Shown: positions 47,296-54,216, counted from the first letter of the stretch. The stretch: DNA of 64,000 nucleotides from a virus (IMGVR_UViG_3300026255_000001:17853-81852); one strand, 5' to 3'. Numbers and translations: made by a program. Notes: a model not told the origin generated them from the letters alone.

Positions 47296-47508
47296 TTAGC
47301 CCTTCGAATTCGCCCTCTGGCGAATGAGCACGACGTCGCCGTCGCTGAGCGGCCCTTCATAGGGCTGCCCGTTGACGATGAGCTCCGAGTTGTCGGAGCT
47401 CGCGCCGAGCGCCGCGAAGATCGCGGGCCCGATGTCGTCCGTGGAACGGATGGAAGCGGCCGGGCGCTCGATCTGGTTGCCGCAACCGGCCTTGATGGTG
47501 ATGGCCAT
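47296..47508 (-). CDS. Ubiquitin-like beta-grasp protein ending in ...RANSKG, 70 aa
   Basis: LIVNG...LSDGDVVLI beta-grasp signature; free C-terminal Gly; AGGAG RBS. Confidence 0.88.
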   Translation of the reverse strand: MAITIKAGCGNQIERPAASIRSTDDIGPAIFAALGASSDNSELIVNGQPYEGPLSDGDVVLIRQRANSKG

Positions 47509-47681
47509 GGGTATGGTCTCCTGATTTTTGTCGGCTGCGCGAGCCGACGGTTTTCGTTTGCAAACGCGTTGCCGCCAACAGGGCGGGACGCAACGGCATG
47601 CCCTGCGCAGGGACGTGCCGAATTCGAAAGAGGCCCTGCAGCCTTAAAACAGCTGCAGGGCCCGCCGTGGAAACCCGGGGC

Positions 47682-47921
47682 TTACGCCTCGGGCTTGTCG
47701 CCGGGGCCGCGGGTGTCAATCGCTTCGACCAGGGCGGCGATGCCGGCCTGGATCGCGGCGATCTTCGCCTCGAGGGCCTTGGGACGATTCGCAATCGCCT
47801 CGTACTTCTTGATCGCCGCTTCCTGTTCCGAAATGATCGAAAAGAGCGAGTCGTCACTGAATTCCTTCAGCGGCGAGCCGTCGATCAGAAGCTGGGTTTC
47901 GATCTTGATGGGGTTGGCCAT
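47682..47921 (-). CDS. Coiled-coil hypothetical protein, 79 aa
   Basis: AGGAG RBS (start corrected). Confidence 0.75.
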   Translation of the reverse strand: MANPIKIETQLLIDGSPLKEFSDDSLFSIISEQEAAIKKYEAIANRPKALEAKIAAIQAGIAALVEAIDTRGPGDKPEA

Positions 47922-48090
47922 GATGGTCTCCTTGTTTTGTGGTTTCTTTGCCTGCCTCCGCGCCGTGCGGAGGCTGGGCGTGCACGCCCTTTCCCACAAC
48001 AGGCGGGGAGGGCACATCGTCGTCTATTTGGGGGTGCATCCCCGGAGGCTTTGGCCCGGCTCCTTGCGGGGCCGCGAAGCGCGTTGAAAA

Positions 48091-48204
48091 GGGTTGCCTG
48101 ACGGGAATTGAACCCGTACGCCCGGAGCGTGTCGTGGGTAGTCCAACCGAATCGCCGAATCGAACGGCAAGCACGGGTCCGGGGCCTCGCCGAGAGCAGG
48201 CAAC
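48091..48204 (-). ncRNA. tRNA/tmRNA-TLD-like small RNA, about 114 nt
   Basis: 8-bp terminal stem GTTGCCTG/CAGGCAAC, canonical T-arm ACGGG-TTCAATT-CCCGT, second T-loop hairpin, no canonical anticodon arm. Confidence 0.6.
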
Positions 48205-48238
48205 GAAAAGGGTGGCCCGGGGATCAACGTCCCCGGGC
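48205..48238 (-). terminator. Hairpin plus CACCCTTTTC
   Basis: 9-bp stem GCCCGGGGA/TCCCCGGGC. Confidence 0.65.
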
Positions 48239-48420
48239 GCTCCTGGTTGTGTTTGGTCAGCCCGGGAGAAACCAACTCCGGGCCCAAGCATACGGCACAC
48301 CATCCAACTTGGGACACACCGGCCGTTTGCATCGGTGATCCTGGCGGCCCCCGCGTTGACGGAGGACTTTGCCTACCCGCGTCACGCGCCCGGTTTGGGC
48401 TCGGCGGGTTCGGCTTCTTT

Positions 48421-48450
48421 GAAAAGGGTGGCCTCCCCTTATGGGGAGGC
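48421..48450 (-). terminator. Hairpin plus CACCCTTTTC
   Basis: 8-bp stem GCCTCCCC/GGGGAGGC; same tail as at 48205. Confidence 0.65.
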
Positions 48451-48457
48451 GGTTGGA

Positions 48458-48673
48458 TCATTGAATCAGATAGCGCCAGTCCACCAGCATGGTGGCCAGC
48501 AGCCAGAAGTACAGCCAGAAGTACAGCCAGGGCATCCAGAGCGAAAGCTCGGTCGGGCGTTTCGGCGGCTTGCGCGGGGCTCCCCACAACTGGAGCATGC
48601 CGAACGCGATGTTGAGGACGGCGGCTACGGCGCCCCAGAAGAGCATCCAGCCCAGGGCCTGGGGCGCGGTCAC
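48458..48673 (-). CDS. Two-TM Trp-rich membrane protein, 71 aa
   Basis: GTGA coupling, AGGAG RBS; 12-bp repeat encoding WLYF x2. Confidence 0.65.
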   Translation of the reverse strand: MTAPQALGWMLFWGAVAAVLNIAFGMLQLWGAPRKPPKRPTELSLWMPWLYFWLYFWLLATMLVDWRYLIQ

Positions 48674-48906
48674 GCCCAGCTCCTGGGCACCCAAGTTCCG
48701 CGCATCAAAATTCCGATCACCGCGTAGGTCTGGCTCTTGCGGAGCGCGGGGCCCAGGGCGCCGGGGATTCCGGCGACGAAGCGGCGCAACTGATACGCGG
48801 TGCGGATTCTTTTCCTTTGGAAGGCGTCGAACAGCTTGTTCTCGGCCTCGTGCAACACCATGTCCGGGGTGACCGGCAGGTCCTGCAGTGAATGCAATGT
48901 CTTCAT
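48670..48906 (-). CDS. Hypothetical protein, 78 aa
   Basis: ATGA coupling. Confidence 0.65.
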   Translation of the reverse strand: MKTLHSLQDLPVTPDMVLHEAENKLFDAFQRKRIRTAYQLRRFVAGIPGALGPALRKSQTYAVIGILMRGTWVPRSWA

Positions 48907-49034
48907 CTTGTCTCCCACCAGCGCTCGTGGCGCCTGTTGAACTTGCGCCACAAGGCGCGGTCCGTCAGTTCGTGCGCGATCCAGCCCGCGGCAAAGCCGC
49001 CGAGCAGGATCGCGGTTCCGATTGCCCAGGTCAT
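48903..49034 (-). CDS. Single-TM protein, 43 aa
   Basis: ATGA coupling; hydrophobic N-terminus. Confidence 0.6.
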   Translation of the reverse strand: MTWAIGTAILLGGFAAGWIAHELTDRALWRKFNRRHERWWETR

Positions 49035-49426
49035 TTCAGGGACTCCAGCACCCGGTGGAGGGGCAGTGCCCATTCCTGGGCCTTGTTCAGAGCCTCGGAC
49101 GCCGTTTCCAGGCATTTCAGCGTGTTGCCGGTGTGACTCATTAGGAACTCCAGCTGCTCGGCCCGGACCTTATGGACCTTGGTTCTGCGCTGGCAGGCGC
49201 CCTGCCCGGGGTTGAGCCCCAGCTGCGTCCTCATCCCGGCGATGTTTCCCGCGCTGACGGTGAACGAGAGCGACTCCGTTGCCAGCGTCGCTAGCTCGCC
49301 GGCCGACTTGGCTCGCGCGGTTTCACCGATTGATTTCAACCAGTCGGCGAGTTTGTTTTTCTGGACGAAAGACAGAAAGTTCTTCTTGCCCGATTTCAGG
49401 GGCAGGATTGTCTGGGTTGCGGTCAT
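49031..49426 (-). CDS. Hypothetical protein, possibly HTH, 131 aa
   Basis: AAGGAG RBS (start corrected). Confidence 0.7.
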   Translation of the reverse strand: MTATQTILPLKSGKKNFLSFVQKNKLADWLKSIGETARAKSAGELATLATESLSFTVSAGNIAGMRTQLGLNPGQGACQRRTKVHKVRAEQLEFLMSHTGNTLKCLETASEALNKAQEWALPLHRVLESLK

Positions 49427-49451
49427 GTTGATCTCCTTTGTTTCGTTATTC

Positions 49452-49481
49452 AAAAATGGGGGGCTCCCCCTCGGGAGCCCC
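49452..49481 (-). terminator. Hairpin plus CCATTTTT
   Basis: 9-bp stem GGGGCTCCC/GGGAGCCCC. Confidence 0.65.
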
Positions 49482-49533
49482 AACAACCGGGTCCAGGGTA
49501 TTGCTTCGCAAACCCTGACCCCTAGGGTTCTGC

Positions 49534-49833
49534 CTATAAAAGCTCATTAACGCCTCCGTATGGGTTTCCGTATGTCTCGATCTGCCAGCGCATGATCTGG
49601 CGCATACACTCGCCGTCGGCCTTAACTTCGCGCCCAGCCAGTCCCATGGCAGACAGCATTTTCGAAACTTCCTCTGCGGCGGCTTCATCTGTTTCCGTGC
49701 TGGCGATCAGTTGCATGGGCCATTCGTCGTTATGTCCAAGGTTTTCCCCAAGCCACTTATCGAGCATGATGGCGTGGTGTGCTAGGGCAAGTAGCTTCTG
49801 GACGGATTCAGATGGCAGAACAACAGTTTCCAT
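49534..49833 (-). CDS. Hypothetical protein, 99 aa
   Basis: AAGGAG RBS (start corrected). Confidence 0.7.
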   Translation of the reverse strand: METVVLPSESVQKLLALAHHAIMLDKWLGENLGHNDEWPMQLIASTETDEAAAEEVSKMLSAMGLAGREVKADGECMRQIMRWQIETYGNPYGGVNELL

Positions 49834-50089
49834 GTTTTCTCCTTCGGGTTGAGCCGCGAAGCGGCGGGGCTGGTTTTCAAAAAGCAAAAGGCCGGGAACA
49901 AGCGCGGACAGGATGATTTCACCCAAAGAAGTACCTGTCCGCTTCGCCGCGGCATCGCAAAGAACAAGGAGAGGGAACAAGCGGTTCAGGGTGGGACTTT
50001 TAACAGAAGTAACCCTGGCCTTCGCCACTCTCCAAAAGGCATGTATCAAAGTCGGCCGGTTCCGGTCAAGAAGAGCCGGCGGCGCAGGC

Positions 50090-50470
50090 TCATTGTGTTT
50101 CCTGCGACCGTCCGTGCAGCTCGTTGAACATTGGGGCTTGGGACAACATTTCGTTCAGATGTTTGTTCCAATGCTGCAGGGCAGCATCGGTAGCCTCGAA
50201 TTCCGGGATGTCGAGGTGCTCGATGTGCATCTCGACTTCCTTTGCGAACAATTCCGCGGTCACGACAGCCCAAGGCTTCGTGCACCGTTCCGGGTGCGCG
50301 ATCGCCGAGACTACCGTGGCCAGGAACAGCCGCGTTTGCGCGCAGCAGGTCGGCCGGATCAACCCGACTAGTTGCAGGCTCATCAGGTGCATCTTCCAGT
50401 CGCGCTGCCAGGTTGGCTCGGCAGCGAGCGACTCGAGCCGCTCGGTCAGGACAGACAGGTCTGCGTTCAT
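50090..50470 (-). CDS. Hypothetical protein, 126 aa
   Basis: AAGGAG RBS. Confidence 0.7.
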   Translation of the reverse strand: MNADLSVLTERLESLAAEPTWQRDWKMHLMSLQLVGLIRPTCCAQTRLFLATVVSAIAHPERCTKPWAVVTAELFAKEVEMHIEHLDIPEFEATDAALQHWNKHLNEMLSQAPMFNELHGRSQETQ

Positions 50471-50479
50471 GGTTACTCC

Positions 50480-50821
50480 TTATTTGCAGTTGCAGGCTGC
50501 GCAGCGGCCCGTTTTCAAAATCAGACCGGTGCGCACACACTTCGTCGGCCCGGCTTCAGGCAGAGCCAGTTCGAATCTGTCCTTGCACGTGGGGATGTCG
50601 GTTCCCAGGGCATGGAGGCGATCCAGCCATTCCTTTGTGCCAACGAGCGTGGGGTGCCTCGGCTCCTCGGGGAGCGGGTTGATTTCCGGCCGGAGGGGCA
50701 GCACCTCAGCGGCCTTGCGGCCGAGGAGCTCCAGCCAGTCAGGCTGATGCGCTTTGAGGAGAGCCCGGACAAGCCGGTGTTCCGGGGTTGTGCGGGGGCG
50801 GGGAAGGTGGATGAATTTCAT
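50480..50821 (-). CDS. Hypothetical protein with a C-terminal Cys cluster, 113 aa
   Basis: GGAG upstream; C...C...CAACNC. Confidence 0.55.
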   Translation of the reverse strand: MKFIHLPRPRTTPEHRLVRALLKAHQPDWLELLGRKAAEVLPLRPEINPLPEEPRHPTLVGTKEWLDRLHALGTDIPTCKDRFELALPEAGPTKCVRTGLILKTGRCAACNCK

Positions 50822-50859
50822 CTCTTGACACTCCTGATGGTTTGATACACATTGAGGGC

Positions 50860-51096
50860 ATGTTTACGGCAGAAGAGAAAAAGATAAGGCACCGCAAGGC
50901 GGCGCTCGAACACTACCGGCGTAACGCGGGGGCCATCAAGGCCCGCAAGCGGGAAGCCTATCGGGCCCGGATGACCGATGCTGAGTATGAAGACCATCTC
51001 GACGCTGGACGCGAGGCCAGCCTGCGGTATTACTGGAAGCACCGGGATAAAATCCTGGTTTCCCGGATGGAGGCGAGGCGCCGTGCCCGCAAATAG
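50860..51096 (+). CDS. Arg-rich helical repeat protein, 78 aa
   Basis: GAGGG RBS; YY-x-x-H-R-D-x-I repeats. Confidence 0.6.
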   Translation: MFTAEEKKIRHRKAALEHYRRNAGAIKARKREAYRARMTDAEYEDHLDAGREASLRYYWKHRDKILVSRMEARRRARK

Positions 51097-51601
51097 AAAA
51101 GAATACATGGCGGCCTATCGGGCGGCCAATAGAGAACGACTGGCCGCAAAGGCGCGGGAGCGGCGGATCGCTAAAGGGCCGATGTCGTCGTCCGAACGGG
51201 AGCGGCGCAGGGTCGACGCGTGGTTCTACTATAAGACCCACAAGGCCGAGCTTAAGGAGAAACGCTGGTGGCGGGAGCGCAAGCGGGTGCTGACTCCGGA
51301 ACAGAAGGAACGTCGGCGCGAGATCAATCGGGCCGCAAAGGCGCGGTACTATGAACGCCATAAGGACGAGATTCTCAAGGCGGCCAAGGCGCGCAGGGCC
51401 GAGGACGCCGCCGCGCGGGAGGCGGAGTTCGCTCGTCGCCAGAGTCGGGTCGCGGCAGGTATCCGCCGCGCCGCCCAGTTGGCCGTGGAGAAAAGAGAAG
51501 CCCGGGCCCGGTCCATTGAAGCCATCAAGATCGCTGGGATGCGGGGATTCAATCGTCTCGCTGACGCCATGGCCGAAGCGCACAACGAGATCTGGGGGTA
51601 A
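51083..51601 (+). CDS. Arg/Lys-rich helical repeat protein, about 172 aa
   Basis: GTG 51083 (or ATG 51107) with GGAGG; same repeat motif as the previous gene. Confidence 0.65.
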   Translation: MPANRKEYMAAYRAANRERLAAKARERRIAKGPMSSSERERRRVDAWFYYKTHKAELKEKRWWRERKRVLTPEQKERRREINRAAKARYYERHKDEILKAAKARRAEDAAAREAEFARRQSRVAAGIRRAAQLAVEKREARARSIEAIKIAGMRGFNRLADAMAEAHNEIWG

Positions 51602-51899
51602 AAGGCGGCGCCGAGCGGGAGTCTGTGCCCGCTCCCCTGCTACAGATATACAAGGGCTTGTGGGCGGCGCCGATACGCGGATAAAAGGTCCTCTGTCCCC
51701 GGGCGGGGGAGCAGAGGAAGGACACCGTGTTGTGCGGTGCCAGGGTCTCCGGGGCTGCTCTGGAGAGTTACTCCCGTTGACTCCTTGTTTCAGGCAGTTC
51801 GGGAGACAGGGATTCGGGGGCGGGAGCCCCTCTTGAATGTTTGAGTCATCAAACAATTATCAAGAGATGGTGACATTTTGAGGGAAAACTTTTCCGGCG

Positions 51900-52240
51900 C
51901 GCCGTGGTCATTTTTTAACGTCGAACACCCCCTGTTTTATTACTAAGAAATGACCATGGATATGAAGTAAGTAAAAGTAATAATAATAATATAATTTAAT
52001 ATATTTATTGATTACCAACTACTTACAGCTAAAATAATAGTTTCAATGTGCATTTTGGTTTAGGGTCGTGCCCGTGGGCATTGTCCATAAAATGCGAAAG
52101 TACACAAATGACAATCCCTGTCCTCAAATGACAATCCTTGTCCAAGGATGACACTCAATGTCCAAAGATGTCAATCTATTGTGAATTCGTCACAATAAAT
52201 GTGATTTATTCACAATAAATGTGATTTCGTTCACAATAAA
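51900..52240. repeat. AT-rich core plus 10-bp-phased TGACA/TGTCC/TCACA/TGTGA array (origin- or terminus-like)
   Basis: Near-pure AT stretch at about 51960-52050, then 13 half-sites from 52109 to 52235. Confidence 0.7.
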
Positions 52241-52263
52241 GTCTGCTGGTTTGATCTGGCTCA

Positions 52264-52755
52264 GGGTGCCCCCAAGGCCCATACGTCCTTGGGGGCACCC
52301 AGCCCTTGAATCCGCCGATTCAAGGAGCCCGCTCATGCCCTGTGTCCCCGGCACAAAGCGGCCATCCTGCCCGGATGACCTGGGTCCACTGAACCCCGGA
52401 GGCGTAGGGTTCATGGAAAGAGGAGCCCCGACCTGCCATGAGGCCGGGGAAAAGGGTGTCCCCGAATCCAGGACGCAAGGTCGCATGGATTCGGGGGTGA
52501 GAGGCGGGAGCTATTCGCTCATTGCCTCTAAGGCATCGTGCAGCGAGCTGTACACGATTCCGTGTGCGCTGAATAGCACGACGCCATTCGACAAAACGAT
52601 TATGGACATGGTTGTCCCCTCGCATCTCTGTTTCAATGACTCCTTGAACCCGGGATGCGGGGATTCAAGGAGCCCGGCCCTCATGGGGTACCGGGCAGGA
52701 AAGGAACCCTGCAGCCGTGTTACGGGCTGCAGGGCGCTGTAGCGCAGGGCTACAG
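52264..52755. other. Cluster of GC-rich hairpins
   Basis: Stems at 52264-300 (14 bp), 52304-325, 52390-413, 52460-496, 52640-672, 52708-734, 52737-755. Confidence 0.75.
52511..52609 (-). CDS. Possible 32-aa peptide MSIIVLSNGVVLFSAHGIVYSSLHDALEAMSE
   Basis: GAGGGG RBS; lies between hairpins. Confidence 0.45.
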   Translation of the reverse strand: MSIIVLSNGVVLFSAHGIVYSSLHDALEAMSE

Positions 52756-53094
52756 AAGGGCGTCGGCTTCGACGGCGGCCCTATCCAGATGTGGCTGCAC
52801 GTACAGCGACTTGCCGTCGCTGGACTTGTAGCCTTCCACGAACGCCGCGCTGGCGAACTGGAACTGTCGCAGGGTGCCGACGACGGGCACCTTGGCGGTC
52901 TTGCCGTTCGCCGGGTTGCGGACTTCCGCAACCCGTTGATATTTTGCCTCGGGCAGGCGGTCCCCGTGGCCGCGGCTGGTCATGGCCGTGGGTTTCGGGG
53001 CATCGTCGACCCAGGAGATGATCTCCAGGACGACGTCGGGTTCGCGGCTGATCGGGGCTTCGGAAGCGGCGGGGGCGTTATTTTCAAGGGCCAT
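52750..53094 (-). CDS. Early protein A, 114 aa (paralog of 53589-53903)
   Basis: AAGGAG RBS (start corrected from 53247). Confidence 0.75.
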   Translation of the reverse strand: MALENNAPAASEAPISREPDVVLEIISWVDDAPKPTAMTSRGHGDRLPEAKYQRVAEVRNPANGKTAKVPVVGTLRQFQFASAAFVEGYKSSDGKSLYVQPHLDRAAVEADALL

Positions 53095-53322
53095 GGTATT
53101 TCTCCTTTGGGGGTTTGGTTGTTTCAAACAGACAATCTTGCCAGTCTCCCTGCGACTGTGTCGCAGGTGCTCCGGCTCTTCGAGGCAGTCCCAGTCTTTG
53201 ATGAACGAGGACACAATCTTTCCAGTCTCCCTGCGACTTGGATTCAATGTGCCCCGGCCCCTTGAGGCAGGGAAGCGTTGCGCCCCTGCCTCCGTGTTTC
53301 GGGGAGGCGGGGGCTGTTGGGT

Positions 53323-53436
53323 TCAGTGCAGCAGCTTGCGCACCGTCCTGGCGGCGGCCAGGGCCAGACCCGCGAGCCAGTACAGGGCAAACAGCCAGAA
53401 CAACGATAGCACGGCGGCGTCGATGAGTGCGGGCAT
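53323..53436 (-). CDS. Single-TM early peptide, 37 aa
   Basis: AAAGGAG RBS; hydrophobic core; followed by a hairpin at 53283-313. Confidence 0.7.
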   Translation of the reverse strand: MPALIDAAVLSLFWLFALYWLAGLALAAARTVRKLLH

Positions 53437-53549
53437 GTCGGTGGCTCCTTTCAACCACAATCTTTCCAGTCTCCCTGGGTGCTCCGGCTCTTCGAGGCAT
53501 TCCGGTTCCGGGTAGAAAAGAAACGCGTGCCAGTCTCGGTTCGAAGATT

Positions 53550-53581
53550 CCCCGCACACACGGGTTTCCGTGTGTGCGGGG
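53550..53581 (-). terminator. 14-bp hairpin after early protein B
   Basis: CCCCGCACACACGG/CCGTGTGTGCGGGG; no U-tract. Confidence 0.6.
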
Positions 53582-53588
53582 TTCGAGC

Positions 53589-53903
53589 CTAGAAGGCGTC
53601 GGCGGGCGCGACAGCGTCCTTGCGCATGCAAGGCTGCGCGCCCCAGCCGCCGTCGCTCGTGCGGTACAGCTCGACTTCGTCGGGGTCGTGCACGGCCCAC
53701 TGGGCCTGCACGCCGACGACGCGGAGCATCACGGGCGCGGACTTGCCCTGCAGTTCGGCGAGGCGGCCGAGCTTCTGGTTGCCCGTTTGCGACTTCCAGT
53801 CGCCTATGGGAGTGGGCGAGTCCTCGAGCCAGCGGATGACCTTGGCGCGGGGCTTCGGCGCGTTGGCGGCGGGGGCGGGGGTTGCATCTGATTCCATGCT
53901 CAT
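53589..53903 (-). CDS. Early protein B, 104 aa (paralog of 52750-53094)
   Basis: AAAGGA RBS; first gene of the leftward block. Confidence 0.75.
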   Translation of the reverse strand: MSMESDATPAPAANAPKPRAKVIRWLEDSPTPIGDWKSQTGNQKLGRLAELQGKSAPVMLRVVGVQAQWAVHDPDEVELYRTSDGGWGAQPCMRKDAVAPADAF

Positions 53904-54147
53904 GGTATATTCCTTTCTTTACTGTGAGCTTTGGGTATGCACTGCTGTCACTGTGTGTGATAGCATCGAACTTTCCAGTCTCGGCTGTTGTTGTTTTGCG
54001 TTTGAGTTTTGGAAAAAGGATTCTTGCTCAAGCTGTCGCAGAGGTTTTTCTTTCGCAGTGAACATGGGTACCGGGGTACCCTGTTGCTCCTTTCTAATAC
54101 GCTGTCCAAAAGATATGTCCCCCGGAAACAATCGCCAATTTTCGCCC

Positions 54148-54176
54148 TTGACACTCCGCCCCCTTTATGCTCTGCT
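54148..54176 (+). promoter_or_regulatory. Candidate promoter for the fibre operon
   Basis: TTGACA, 12 nt, TATG, C, TCTGCT. Confidence 0.45.
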
Positions 54177-54216
54177 CCTATCAAAGATAGAAGCCCGTCC
54201 ATCCCGGAGGCCCCGA

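Larger units (their letters stand above)
53132..53984 (-). promoter_or_regulatory. Five copies of the GAGACTGG(A/C)AAG motif plus two copies of a 22-bp motif upstream of early genes
   Basis: Copies at 53132-57, 53213-38, 53457-77, 53529-39, 53969-84; identical 22-mers at 53166-87 and 53478-99. Confidence 0.7.

Noticed and set aside
45331-47508. Thiamine/molybdopterin sulfur-relay operon (ThiF-ThiS)
   Set aside because: No ThiG, MoaE, rhodanese or cysteine synthase nearby; an E2-like gene is present; the Ubl ends in KG rather than GG.
48020-48085. c-di-GMP-I riboswitch (GNRA hairpin then CAAAGCCTCCGG)
   Set aside because: Only a partial match; the upstream GGCAAAC and downstream pairing elements were not found.
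48091-48204. Canonical tRNA (His, Sec or Ser)
   Set aside because: 79 nt lie between the acceptor strand and T-arm, there is no valid anticodon loop (no purine 37, no TCA) and no encoded CCA. Kept as a tRNA-like RNA instead.
50825-50852. Sigma70 promoter for the Arg-rich genes
   Set aside because: TTGACA is present but there is no acceptable -10 at 16-18 nt; left uncalled.
53132-53984. Repeats as a CRISPR array
   Set aside because: Irregular spacing, genes lie between copies, the repeats are not palindromic and there are no cas genes. The DUF2800 nuclease is a common phage replication gene.
53620-54216. N-terminal 199 aa of the 887-aa ORF and other upstream extensions in the ORF track
   Set aside because: Overlap opposite-strand genes or promoter regions; downstream ATGs have RBSs, stop/start coupling or signal peptides.
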